Source: an uncultured Clostridium sp.
GTDB taxonomy: Bacteria; Bacillota; Clostridia; Lachnospirales; Lachnospiraceae
Assembly: GCA_900542035.1 (NCBI GenBank)
Contig: UQMJ01000011.1
Coordinates: forward strand, 4,993-68,992
DNA length: 64,000 nt
Direction: 5' to 3'
This document shows positions 46,190-55,797 of the stretch, in pieces. Numbering within the stretch: the stretch's first letter is position 1; the number at the start of each line of letters is the position of its first letter. The notes under the pieces were generated by a model that was not told the DNA's origin, searched no databases, and saw only the letters and a list, made by a program, of their open reading frames with translations. The translations under genes were made by a program, and so were the position numbers.

Positions 46190-47223
46190 GAAGGATGGCA
46201 GTCTGGTTTTGTCTTTCTATAAAAAGATGGCTTCTGCATCCTGGATTTACGGTCATGCTGCTTGTTATGCCCATCCTTTTGTGGGGGATTTCCAGGTTGG
46301 AGCCGGAGGAAACAGAACGGATCCGGATTGGGGTAGCGTCAGAGGATCCAGGACTTGGAAGAGAAGTGGCAGAAGATCTGGTACGCATGGGGACAGAAGG
46401 AAGTATGTTTGAGTTCGTCCTCTATCACACGGAAGAAGAATTAAAACAGGCCGTCCGGACCAGACAGGCGGAATGCGCTTATCTGTTTCCGGAAGGATTT
46501 GAAGAAAAAATGAATGAGGGCAGATATAGGCGATCCATTCTCGTATATACGGCGCCGTCTACCATTTTGGAACCTCTGGCAGGAGAGGTGGTAATATCGG
46601 TTTTAGCAGCCAGATACGATGGGATGATGTTTGCAGATTATATTGGAAACCAGGGAAAAGAGGGAGAGCTTTTGAAAGAAGAGGCCCTTTCCTGGTATCA
46701 GGTGTATCAGGAAAATGGAAGCACCTTTGGATTTGAGTTTCGTACTTCGCTGGAAGAGCCTGTACTGGAAAAAAAGAGCGTATTCCCAGTACGGGGGCTG
46801 ATTGGGATTTTTGTGTTTTTATCGGCTTTTTTTGCAGCCTGCAGTGTAAAAGAGGATGAAAGAAACGGGCTGTTTCTGGCAGTTCCCTATGGAGAACGGA
46901 CAGTTTGCAGAATCGGAGCTTTGGCGGCGCCGGTCTTCCTGGCGGGTCTGTCCGGACTGGCTGGTTTGTGGGCAGCCGGCGAAGTCCAGAATGCGATTAT
47001 GGAGATGGCAGCTCTTACTGTCTGCGGGGCGGGAGCCGTTTTTTATGCCGGTCTGGCCTGTATGGCGGTTCCAAAACCAGAATGGATAGCCATGTGTATT
47101 CCGGTTCTGGCTCTGGGACTTTTCCTGATATGCCCGATTTTTATAGATATTGGAAAATGGCTGGACGTCATAGGAACCATCCGATGGTTTCTGCCGCCGG
47201 CCTGGTATCTTCAGTTCTTTTAA
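46186..47223 (+). CDS. ABC-2-type permease-like membrane protein (second copy)
   Basis: ATGA start/stop overlap with the previous gene, and RBS GGAAAGGAGGA. Same topology as its neighbour. The ORF-track 5' extension overlaps the previous gene. Confidence 0.6.
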   Translation: MRRMAVWFCLSIKRWLLHPGFTVMLLVMPILLWGISRLEPEETERIRIGVASEDPGLGREVAEDLVRMGTEGSMFEFVLYHTEEELKQAVRTRQAECAYLFPEGFEEKMNEGRYRRSILVYTAPSTILEPLAGEVVISVLAARYDGMMFADYIGNQGKEGELLKEEALSWYQVYQENGSTFGFEFRTSLEEPVLEKKSVFPVRGLIGIFVFLSAFFAACSVKEDERNGLFLAVPYGERTVCRIGALAAPVFLAGLSGLAGLWAAGEVQNAIMEMAALTVCGAGAVFYAGLACMAVPKPEWIAMCIPVLALGLFLICPIFIDIGKWLDVIGTIRWFLPPAWYLQFF

Positions 47224-47313
47224 AATGGTGCAAAAGAATATTTTGGGAAAATCCGTACATTCTATCTACAGATATAAAAAGGAAAGTTTTGCTGATGAGA
47301 GGAGTATACGGAT

Positions 47314-47742
47314 ATGAATGGAAATGCAGAACTGCTGAATTTTATTTATCAGAATTCCCAGATGGGAGCAGAAACCATGGAACAGTTCATGGGAATGACC
47401 AAGGATGAGGAGTTCCTTGGTTTTCTGGGAAAGCAGCAGGAAGGTTACCGGAATTTTCACAAAAAGGCCAAACAGATGCTTTGTGAAAACGGATTTGATG
47501 AAAAGGGACTGGGAACATTTGAAAAACTCCGGACCTACCTGATGATTAACGTGCAGACCATGGCAGACAAGAGCGTTTCCCATATGGCAGAAATGCTGAT
47601 TCAGGGAAGCACAATGGGAATCAATGACGCTATTAAAAAAGTGAGAGAGTATCCGGACGCGGATCCAAAGTCTGTAAAGCTGATGGAAGAGCTCCAGAAG
47701 TTTGAAGAGAAAAGTTTAGAAAAATTAAAGGGATTTTTATAA
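47314..47742 (+). CDS. hypothetical helical protein
   Basis: 142-aa ORF with RBS AGAGGAG. Family not recognised. Confidence 0.55.
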   Translation: MNGNAELLNFIYQNSQMGAETMEQFMGMTKDEEFLGFLGKQQEGYRNFHKKAKQMLCENGFDEKGLGTFEKLRTYLMINVQTMADKSVSHMAEMLIQGSTMGINDAIKKVREYPDADPKSVKLMEELQKFEEKSLEKLKGFL

Positions 47743-47748
47743 AAGAAA

Positions 47749-47792
47749 AGCTGCAGGGATATTCCGGATCGGATCCTCTGCAGCTGTTTTTT
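47749..47792. terminator. bidirectional terminator
   Basis: AGCTGCAG pairs with CTGCAGCT. It is flanked by AAAAGAAAAG and GTTTTTT. Confidence 0.75.
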
Positions 47793-48999
47793 ATGCCTCT
47801 ATTTCTTCTGCAATTTTTCCAGCCAGAGTTTCCAGAACTTCTAACTGGCCGTCTTTTAAAGAAGATTTTAAGCTTACGCTGGTCTCTAAGACCGTCATAT
47901 TTTTCATGGTTTCCAGAATCGCCTTCATCTGTTTGGAAGCGGTGCTTGCCCAGGAACCGTTGTCTAATAAAGCGACGGTGCGGTTCTGCAGGTTCAGAGC
48001 TTTCATATCTAAAAGAACGTGTTCCATAGCCGGATATAACCCGCCGTTATAAGTAGGGGCAGCCAGGACAATGTGACTGGTCCGGAAGGACTCGGAAATA
48101 CACTGGGAAACATGGGTAGAAGAAACGTCGTATACCGCGATGTTTTTGATTCCCTTGTCAGCCAGCATGGCAGCCAGGACGTTGGCAGCATTTTCTGTAT
48201 TGCCGTACATAGAACCGTAAAGGATCACAACAGACTTTTCTTCCGGCGTATAGGTACTCCACAGCTGATACTTGTCCAGCAGATAGGAAATATTAGTTCT
48301 CCAGATTGGTCCATGCAGCGGGCAGATGATTTCGATATTAAAGGTGCTTAACTTTTTAATGGCATTCTGAACCTGCAGGCCGAATTTACCGACAATGTTG
48401 GTATAATACCGTCTGGCGTCATTTAACCAGTCTCTGTCAAAATTGATTTCATCATTAAAAATATTGCCGTTTAATGCGCCGAAGGTACCGAACGCATCTG
48501 CAGAAAACAGCACTTTTTCGGAGGTTTCGTAGGTTACCATTACTTCCGGCCAATGTACCATAGGAGTCATGGCAAAAGCTAACGTGTGGCTTCCCAGCTC
48601 TAAGGTATCGCCTTCTTTTACAATAACGGAACGGTCGGACAGGTCGGAAATCTCATAAAACTGTCCCATGATCTGAAACGTTTTTGCATTTCCTACCAGC
48701 TTAACTTCTGGATGCAGGGCGAGGATATCGGCAATTGCGGAGCAGTGATCTGGCTCCATGTGGTTGATGACCAGGTAATCCAGAGAACGGCCGTTTAAAA
48801 CGTGCTGGACGTTTTCCAGAAACTGTGAGCGGATAGAAGGATCTGCTGTGTCCATAAGAACTGTTTTTTCATCCAGGATGACATAGGAGTTATAGGAGAC
48901 GCCATTGGGGATCGGAAACAGATTTTCAAATAATGCAAGACGGCGATCATTTCCGCCTACCCAATGAATACTGTCTGTTATTTTTCTGGTACAATACAT
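47791..48999 (-). CDS. FprA-family flavodiiron protein (MBL-like plus flavodoxin domains)
   Basis: HMEPDH diiron motif and a C-terminal flavodoxin SVVILYGSMYGNTE. RBS GAAAGGTGG then ATG at 48999. Confidence 0.9.
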   Translation of the reverse strand: MYCTRKITDSIHWVGGNDRRLALFENLFPIPNGVSYNSYVILDEKTVLMDTADPSIRSQFLENVQHVLNGRSLDYLVINHMEPDHCSAIADILALHPEVKLVGNAKTFQIMGQFYEISDLSDRSVIVKEGDTLELGSHTLAFAMTPMVHWPEVMVTYETSEKVLFSADAFGTFGALNGNIFNDEINFDRDWLNDARRYYTNIVGKFGLQVQNAIKKLSTFNIEIICPLHGPIWRTNISYLLDKYQLWSTYTPEEKSVVILYGSMYGNTENAANVLAAMLADKGIKNIAVYDVSSTHVSQCISESFRTSHIVLAAPTYNGGLYPAMEHVLLDMKALNLQNRTVALLDNGSWASTASKQMKAILETMKNMTVLETSVSLKSSLKDGQLEVLETLAGKIAEEIEA

Positions 49000-49245
49000 G
49001 AAATACCACCTTTCTGTGAATCGATATATGGAATGGGGGATTAGTTGTAACTTACTTAAGTGCTCCAAATTCAATATTATACTATAAAGTTTCCAAAATG
49101 TCATCGGTTTATCAAGGATTTTAAAGAAAAAAACAGAAAAATATCACGGCTGCTGTTTTTCAGAGAAAATAGGGGTGTTCTATTTAGTAAAATTATGATA
49201 AACTATACTCAGTATGCCTATAGAGAGATTAAGGAGGAATTCCCT

Positions 49246-50163
49246 ATGATTCAGAAATTAATTGAAAAAATTCAAAAAACCAAAGCGCCTATCTGTGTTG
49301 GACTGGATCCAATGCTGTCTTACCTTCCAGAGCACTTGCTGCAGAAGTCTTTTTCCGAGTACGGCGAGACGTTAGAAGGTGCAGCTGACGCAATCTGGCA
49401 GTTTAATAAAGCGATTGTAGACGCTACCTATGATTTGATTCCATCTGTAAAGCCTCAGATCGCCATGTATGAGCAGTTTGGCATTGAAGGATTAAAAGTA
49501 TATAAGAAAACCGTGGATTACTGTCAGGAAAAGGGCCTGGTGGTAATCGGCGACGCCAAGAGAGGCGACATCGGTTCGACTTCTGCCGCATATGCAACCG
49601 CTCACATCGGAAACGTAAAAGTAGGCTCCAACGTATGTTCCGGTTTCGGCACAGATTTTGTAACCGTTAATCCATACTTTGGAACAGACGGCATTCAGCC
49701 ATTTGTAGACGCCTGCAAGGAGAATGATAAGGGGCTGTTTATTCTGGTTAAGACCTCCAATCCTTCCAGCGGCGAATTCCAGGACAAGTTAGTAGACGGA
49801 CGTCCGGTGTATGAACTGGTAGCAGATAAGGTAGTAGAGTGGGGCAGAGAGTCCATGGACGGAACCTACAGCAACGTAGGCGCAGTAGTGGGCGCAACCT
49901 ATCCGGAAATGAGCCGCATCTTAAGAAAATTAATGCCGAACACCTATTTCTTAGTACCTGGCTACGGCGCTCAGGGCGGTACGGCTAAAGATTTAAAATA
50001 CTGCTTTAATGAAGACGGCTTAGGCGCCATTGTCAACTCTTCCAGAGGCATTATTGCTGCTTATAAGAGCGCTTCTTACGAGAAGTTTGGTCCAACACAT
50101 TTTGCGGACGCTTCCAGACAGGCAGTTATCGACATGGTAGCAGACATTAACAGCGTATTATAA
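49246..50163 (+). CDS. pyrF: orotidine 5'-phosphate decarboxylase (long, type 2)
   Basis: ICVGLDP...DAKRGDIGST motifs. RBS AAGGAGG. Confidence 0.9.
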   Translation: MIQKLIEKIQKTKAPICVGLDPMLSYLPEHLLQKSFSEYGETLEGAADAIWQFNKAIVDATYDLIPSVKPQIAMYEQFGIEGLKVYKKTVDYCQEKGLVVIGDAKRGDIGSTSAAYATAHIGNVKVGSNVCSGFGTDFVTVNPYFGTDGIQPFVDACKENDKGLFILVKTSNPSSGEFQDKLVDGRPVYELVADKVVEWGRESMDGTYSNVGAVVGATYPEMSRILRKLMPNTYFLVPGYGAQGGTAKDLKYCFNEDGLGAIVNSSRGIIAAYKSASYEKFGPTHFADASRQAVIDMVADINSVL

Positions 50164-50179
50164 TTGACCAGGAGGAAAC

Positions 50180-50956
50180 ATGGCACAGGTAAAATTAACA
50201 GCATCCGTAGCCAGTCAGGAAAAACTGGCAGACGGCATTTACAGTATGTGGATTGACGCAGAGCCGGTAGCTTCCCAGGCAAAGGCCGGACAATTTGTTT
50301 CCGTATATTCCAAAGACGGCGCAAAACTGCTTCCAAGACCCATCAGTCTCTGTGAAGTAGACAAAGAACAGGGCAAAATCCGCCTGGTTTATCGGGTGGC
50401 GGGCGCTGGAACCGAAGAATTTTCCCATTATCAGCCAGGAGATTCCATTGATATTTTAGGCCCTCTGGGAAATGGATTCCCGTTGGAGCAGATGGCTGGA
50501 AAAAAAGCGTTTTTAATCGGCGGAGGCATTGGCGTGCCTCCGATGCTGGAACTGGCAAAAGCACTGGACTGTGAAAAACAGGCGGTTCTCGGCTATCGGG
50601 ACGCGGCTATGTTTTTAAAGGAAGAGTTTGAACCATATGCAGCCGTATACGTTGCTACAGAAGACGGCAGCGTGGGTACAAAAGGAAACGTTATGGATGC
50701 AATCAGGGAAAACGGCCTGGAAGCAGACGTAATATTTGCCTGCGGCCCAACCCCGATGCTTCGGGCAATTAAGGCTTACGCATTAGAACACAACATAGAG
50801 TGTTACTTATCCCTGGAGGAGAAGATGGCCTGCGGCATCGGGGCGTGCCTGGCCTGCGTCTGCAAGTCCAAAGACGTAGACGAGCATTCCCACGTCCATA
50901 ACAAGAGAATCTGCAAAGACGGTCCTGTTTTTCGGGCAGAGGAGGTGGAGCTGTAA
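50180..50956 (+). CDS. pyrK: dihydroorotate dehydrogenase B electron-transfer subunit
   Basis: FAD/NAD-binding fold and a C-terminal 2Fe-2S motif MACGIGACLACVC. Confidence 0.9.
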   Translation: MAQVKLTASVASQEKLADGIYSMWIDAEPVASQAKAGQFVSVYSKDGAKLLPRPISLCEVDKEQGKIRLVYRVAGAGTEEFSHYQPGDSIDILGPLGNGFPLEQMAGKKAFLIGGGIGVPPMLELAKALDCEKQAVLGYRDAAMFLKEEFEPYAAVYVATEDGSVGTKGNVMDAIRENGLEADVIFACGPTPMLRAIKAYALEHNIECYLSLEEKMACGIGACLACVCKSKDVDEHSHVHNKRICKDGPVFRAEEVEL

Positions 50957-51858
50957 TGAATACCAGAGTCAGCCTGGCTGGAGTCGAATTAAAAAATCCG
51001 GTCATGACAGCTTCCGGAACCTTTGGTTCCGGCGCGGAATATGGAGAGATGGTAGATTTAAACAAGCTGGGAGCAGTGGTAACCAAAGGCGTTGCCAACG
51101 TGCCCTGGCCAGGCAATCCGACGCCCCGTATTGCAGAGACTTACGGCGGCATGATCAATGCCATCGGATTACAGAATCCAGGCATTGATGTGTTTGTAAA
51201 AAGAGACATTCCGTTTTTAAAGCAGTATGATACCAGGATTATTGTCAATGTCTGCGGAAAGACCACAGAAGATTACATCGAAGTAGTAGAGCGCTTGGGA
51301 GATGAGCCGGTGGATATGCTGGAAATCAACATTTCCTGCCCCAATGTAAAAGAAGGCGGAATTGCCTTCGGCCAGGATCCCAAGGCAGTTGAGGCCATTA
51401 CCAGGGAAGTGAAGAAATACGCAAAACAGCCGGTAATTATGAAGTTAAGCCCCAATGTTACGGATATTACCGTAATGGCAAAGGCAGCGGAAGCCGGCGG
51501 CGCAGATGTGCTTTCCCTGATTAATACCCTGACCGGTATGAAGATTGACATCAATAAGAGAACCTTTGCAGTGGCAAACCGTACCGGCGGTATGTCCGGA
51601 CCTGCCGTAAAGCCGGTAGCGGTGCGGATGGTCTACCAGGTAGCCCAGGCGGTCAAACTGCCGATTATCGGCATGGGCGGCATTATGAATGCTGACGACG
51701 CCATGGAGTTTATTTTAGCGGGCGCTTCCGCAGTAGCAGTAGGAACCGCCAATTTCCACAATCCTTACGCAACGGAAGAGATTGCGGCGGGCATCGAACG
51801 CTACATGAGAAAGCACCAGATTGAAGACATCCGAGAATTAATCGGAGCGGTGAGATAA
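50956..51858 (+). CDS. pyrD: dihydroorotate dehydrogenase B catalytic subunit
   Basis: LKNPVMTASGTFG...NISCPN...GGMSGPAVKP. Confidence 0.95.
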   Translation: MNTRVSLAGVELKNPVMTASGTFGSGAEYGEMVDLNKLGAVVTKGVANVPWPGNPTPRIAETYGGMINAIGLQNPGIDVFVKRDIPFLKQYDTRIIVNVCGKTTEDYIEVVERLGDEPVDMLEINISCPNVKEGGIAFGQDPKAVEAITREVKKYAKQPVIMKLSPNVTDITVMAKAAEAGGADVLSLINTLTGMKIDINKRTFAVANRTGGMSGPAVKPVAVRMVYQVAQAVKLPIIGMGGIMNADDAMEFILAGASAVAVGTANFHNPYATEEIAAGIERYMRKHQIEDIRELIGAVR

Positions 51859-51890
51859 AAAATCATGTCCTTACAGATGGAGGTTTAGAT

Positions 51891-52565
51891 ATGGAACAGT
51901 ATAAACAGGAATTTATAGAGTTCATGGTAGACAGCAATGTCTTAAAGTTTGGAGATTTTACATTAAAGAGCGGACGCAAGTCCCCGTTCTTTATGAATGC
52001 AGGAGCTTACGTAACCGGAACCCAGCTTCGCAAGCTGGGCGAATACTACGCAAAAGCCATTCACGACAACTACGGTCTGGATTTTGACGTTTTATTCGGA
52101 CCGGCTTACAAGGGAATCCCGTTAAGCGTTGCAACCGCTATGGCAATCAGCGAGCTGTACGGAAAGGATGTAAAGTACTGCTCCAACCGGAAAGAAGTAA
52201 AAGATCACGGCGATACCGGAATCCTTTTGGGAAGCCCGATTAAGGACGGCGACAGAGTGGTAGTCATTGAAGACGTTACCACTTCCGGCAAATCCATCGA
52301 AGAGACCTTCCCGATCTTAAAGGCACAGGGAAATGTTGAAATTAAGGGATTAATCGTTTCCTTAAACCGTATGGAAAGAGGAAAGGGAGAAAAGTGCGCT
52401 CTGGAAGAAATCCAGGATTTATATGGTTTCCCAACTGCTGCCATCGTCAATATGCAGGAAGTTACCGAATATCTGTACAACAGGGAGTGCGGCGGCAAAG
52501 TAGTAATTGACGATACCATTAAAGCTGCGATTGACGCTTATTATGAGCAGTACGGGGCAAAATAA
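51891..52565 (+). CDS. pyrE: orotate phosphoribosyltransferase
   Basis: FTLKSGRKSPFFMN and the PRPP motif VVVIEDVTTSGKS. Confidence 0.95.
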   Translation: MEQYKQEFIEFMVDSNVLKFGDFTLKSGRKSPFFMNAGAYVTGTQLRKLGEYYAKAIHDNYGLDFDVLFGPAYKGIPLSVATAMAISELYGKDVKYCSNRKEVKDHGDTGILLGSPIKDGDRVVVIEDVTTSGKSIEETFPILKAQGNVEIKGLIVSLNRMERGKGEKCALEEIQDLYGFPTAAIVNMQEVTEYLYNRECGGKVVIDDTIKAAIDAYYEQYGAK

Positions 52566-52597
52566 AACAGCCGCGAAATACCGGAAGGAGAGAAATT

Positions 52598-52747
52598 ATG
52601 GAGCGAGTCTATAAGACCATGCGCAATGTAGGAGCAGGAAATATTGCCATTGGAATCATTATCGCCATTACCGGCCTGGCAGTTGGAGTTGTTGCCATTG
52701 TCAATGGGGCGCTGTTATTAAAGCGCAAATCAGAAATTGAGTTTTAA
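52598..52747 (+). CDS. small (49-aa) single-TM membrane protein, not in the ORF track
   Basis: RBS GGAAGGAGAG 7 nt before the ATG. Sequence MERVYKTMRNVGAGNIAIGIIIAITGLAVGVVAIVNGALLLKRKSEIEF. Confidence 0.5.
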   Translation: MERVYKTMRNVGAGNIAIGIIIAITGLAVGVVAIVNGALLLKRKSEIEF

Positions 52748-52759
52748 GCGGGGCATTAC

Positions 52760-53248
52760 ATGATTAAGAATACGACAAAGAACCAGAAACTGGGTTGGGT
52801 ATTGTTTCTTTCCTACCTGATCCTACTGGTTTATTTCCTGTTCTTTGCGGAAGAGTTTGGAAGGACCACCAGGCCCCAGGATACCTATGCCTATAATCTG
52901 GAATTGTTTAAAGAAATCCGTAGATTCTGGACATATCGGGACGTGGTGGGAATCAAAAGTTTTCTGCTGAATGTCATCGGCAATATTGCAGGGTTTCTGC
53001 CGGCTGGCTTTTTCCTTCCCATAGTCAGCCGCAGAAGCAAAAAATGGTACAATACCTTTTTGATTTGCTTTTTTTTCAGCTTATCAGTGGAAACGGTTCA
53101 GCTTGTGTTTAAAGTGGGAAGCTTTGATGTGGATGATATTATGCTGAATGTGTCAGGAGCAGTTCTTGGCTATATTCTGTATCAGATTGTGCAGATGGTA
53201 AGGAGTAAGCATCGTGTTAGGAAAAAGAAAAAAAGGACAGCCAGATAA
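52760..53248 (+). CDS. VanZ family protein
   Basis: NVIGNIAGFLPAGFFLP...ETVQLVFKVGSFDVDDIMLNVSGAVLGY. Confidence 0.85.
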   Translation: MIKNTTKNQKLGWVLFLSYLILLVYFLFFAEEFGRTTRPQDTYAYNLELFKEIRRFWTYRDVVGIKSFLLNVIGNIAGFLPAGFFLPIVSRRSKKWYNTFLICFFFSLSVETVQLVFKVGSFDVDDIMLNVSGAVLGYILYQIVQMVRSKHRVRKKKKRTAR

Positions 53249-53561
53249 GCCCAAAAAGGTGTCATATATCCGGAAGCCTTTGGCAAAACACAGCAAATGG
53301 TCCCTGGGGCTTTCAGCCGCAGGGCTGCTTTTATTTGCCGGAACTATGTATATTGCAGTAAAAGAACAGGGGCAAAGCGGTATGTATGCAGGCGCGCTGG
53401 GATTTTCCAGTATGGTGTTTTCCATATTGGGATTGTGGTACAGCGTCCACGCGTTTCGAGAAAAGGAAAAAAAATATATACTGGCCAGAATCAGCCTGCT
53501 GATAAGCGGAATTCTGGTTCTTGCATGGCTGGTTATGATTATAATTGGAATAAGGAGCTGA
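53214..53561 (+). CDS. small membrane protein of unknown function
   Basis: GTG start after AAGGAG. Three hydrophobic segments. Confidence 0.55.
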   Translation: MLGKRKKGQPDKPKKVSYIRKPLAKHSKWSLGLSAAGLLLFAGTMYIAVKEQGQSGMYAGALGFSSMVFSILGLWYSVHAFREKEKKYILARISLLISGILVLAWLVMIIIGIRS

Positions 53562-53565
53562 GACA

Positions 53566-55650
53566 ATGGATTACCGCGAATTATGGAAAGAAGAAAATGA
53601 GTCTGTATTAGAACGATATGAACTGTCATTGGAGAGAATCCGCCAGATAAAAGACGAACAGGCGGTAACAGAACCGTTCAGAGACTATTTTGCAGGCGTT
53701 TCCGGATTTATCAGCCGGATTGGGGACCTGGCAGAAAAGCTGAACCGGAACGGAGTCAGCAAGTATATTCATTCATTCAGCCTGGAGGAACTGGCAGAAG
53801 AAAATAAGTCTTTCTATGCAGATATTTTACCGGATCATTACGAAGAAAGCTACGCCAATCCTGCTTATGCGGTAAAGAAGCTAGGCGAAGAGTATGGCCC
53901 GCTTCTGGCGTTTTTATATACAGAAATCAGAGGGCAGATCGTATATGCGTTTGAGAGCCGTCTGTGGAACATTACCGTCTTAAACGAGACGTTTATTGAA
54001 ATTTACAATTTATTTGAAGAAGGGATTCCGAAAGCCCAGGAAGTAAAAGACGTGCTGTATTGGTTTGTCAGCGATTATGCGGATCAGACTGTGTCCTACC
54101 GCACCAGGGAATCCCTGGATCCTTCTTTATCCTTTGCGGCAGATATTATTACAGGCGAAGACCTTTTCGATCTCAGGTATCTGTATCAGTTCGGCGAGTA
54201 TATTTCCGATACCGAACTTCAGATAGCCGGATTTTTAAACAGCCTTCCTCAGGAAACCATTGATAAAATGGCCGATACTTATACAGAAGGGTTTTCTAAA
54301 GGCTTTGAGGTAATGGGAAGAGATCTTTCCATTAAGAAAACCGTATCCATCCGCTATGAACTGGGATTTGAGCGGATGTTAAAAAAGGCCATTTCCAATT
54401 TTAAAGAGATGGGAAAAGACGTAATCATCCTGCGGGCCGCAGTAGAGTCCATTAACCGCAATCCCAACCGGAAACTGGGATTTTACGGGACTTCTCCCAA
54501 TAAGCAGTATGAGTATGACCACCGCTATGACAGCGCCATTTATATGGGGACTGCGTTAAAAGAGCGGAAGCTTTCGGTCATCAAGAGCGCCCTGGAAGAG
54601 TATAAGGATCTGGCCAGATTAAATGCAGGTCCGGCTGTGGTGGAGACCTTTGGAGAAGCGGGATTTACGCCAATTAACAAAAAAGAGGCGCTTTTGCTGA
54701 GCCGCCACCAGGAAGAGGTAAACATTACCTACTCCAACGAATATATGCAGATTCTGGATCAGTATCAGCCTGGCGAAGAAACCAGCTTTACCATTATTGC
54801 ATTTCCAAAGCCGGAGATTGGAAACCAGTTTCCGGAGATTTTCCAGGAAATCATTAAAATCAACACCCTGGACTATGAACTGTACCGAGATATGCAGCAG
54901 GTAATTATCGACGCCTTAGATAAGGCAGAATATGTGACGGTAAAGGGAAGGGGAAACAACCGGACGGATATTCGGGTGCATCTTCATACCCTGACGGATC
55001 CGGCTTCCCAGACCAATTTTGAAAACTGCGTAGCAGACGTAAACATTCCAGTCGGTGAAGTCTTTACCTCCCCGCTGCTTTCCGGCACAGATGGGGAGCT
55101 GTTTGTGGAAAACGTATACATCGGAGACATCCAGTTTAAAAATTTATCGGTTCAGTTTGAAAACGGACGGGTAACCGGCTATATGTGCGATAATTTTGCA
55201 GATCCGGAGGAAAATAAAGCCCTGATAAAGCAGGTCATTATGAGAAACCATGACAATCTGCCTCTGGGCGAATTTGCCATCGGAACCAATACCACCGCCT
55301 ATGCAATGGCAGAAAAATACGGAATCATTGACAAGCTTCCGATTCTGATTGTAGAAAAAATGGGGCCTCATTTTGCAGTTGGGGATACCTGCTACAGCTG
55401 GTCCGAAGATGCGCCTATGTACAATCCAGATGGAAAAGAAGTCATTGCCAGGGACAATGAAGTATCTATTTTAAGAAAAACCGACGTTTCCCAGGCGTAC
55501 TTTAACTGCCACTGCGATATTACCATTCCCTATGACGAGCTGGGAGAGATTGCGGCCATCGGACCAGACGGAACCAAAACCGTAATTATTAAAAACGGAC
55601 GTTTTGCCCTGGCAGGAGCAGAAAAATTAAATGAACCATTGGAAGCTTAA
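53566..55650 (+). CDS. M29-type aminopeptidase domain protein with long N-terminal extension
   Basis: C-terminal half carries ADVNIPVGEVFTSP, LGEFAIGTN and GPHFAVGD, which resemble AmpS/PepS (M29) motifs. The first ~300 aa are unassigned. Confidence 0.6.
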   Translation: MDYRELWKEENESVLERYELSLERIRQIKDEQAVTEPFRDYFAGVSGFISRIGDLAEKLNRNGVSKYIHSFSLEELAEENKSFYADILPDHYEESYANPAYAVKKLGEEYGPLLAFLYTEIRGQIVYAFESRLWNITVLNETFIEIYNLFEEGIPKAQEVKDVLYWFVSDYADQTVSYRTRESLDPSLSFAADIITGEDLFDLRYLYQFGEYISDTELQIAGFLNSLPQETIDKMADTYTEGFSKGFEVMGRDLSIKKTVSIRYELGFERMLKKAISNFKEMGKDVIILRAAVESINRNPNRKLGFYGTSPNKQYEYDHRYDSAIYMGTALKERKLSVIKSALEEYKDLARLNAGPAVVETFGEAGFTPINKKEALLLSRHQEEVNITYSNEYMQILDQYQPGEETSFTIIAFPKPEIGNQFPEIFQEIIKINTLDYELYRDMQQVIIDALDKAEYVTVKGRGNNRTDIRVHLHTLTDPASQTNFENCVADVNIPVGEVFTSPLLSGTDGELFVENVYIGDIQFKNLSVQFENGRVTGYMCDNFADPEENKALIKQVIMRNHDNLPLGEFAIGTNTTAYAMAEKYGIIDKLPILIVEKMGPHFAVGDTCYSWSEDAPMYNPDGKEVIARDNEVSILRKTDVSQAYFNCHCDITIPYDELGEIAAIGPDGTKTVIIKNGRFALAGAEKLNEPLEA

Positions 55651-55658
55651 AAATCCTA

Positions 55659-55690
55659 TTGACGGCAGATTTAAAACCTAGTATTATAAT
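55659..55690 (+). promoter_or_regulatory. sigma-A promoter of the pur operon
   Basis: TTGACG, a 17-nt spacer, then TATTATAAT. Confidence 0.6.
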
Positions 55691-55797
55691 TAATAAGTGA
55701 TATTTAATTCATAAAACATACTTATAAGAAGAACTTATTAAAAACATTCATGGAAATTATGAATCCAGGTCAAGCACCAGAAAAAGGAGGAGCACAC

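Noticed and set aside
49105-49245. Possible PyrR-binding attenuator upstream of pyrF (CCUAUAGAGAGAUU resembles UCCAGAGAGGCU).
   Set aside because: The match to the PyrR loop is only partial. I could not draw a convincing terminator/antiterminator pair, because the candidate stem is only 5 bp.
55691-55797. Purine riboswitch or PurBox in the ~105-nt purE leader.
   Set aside because: None of the guanine/adenine riboswitch core blocks (UAUAAU...AUAUGG...CCGUAAAU...ACUAUG) or ZTP motif elements are present. Only short AT-rich hairpins are visible.
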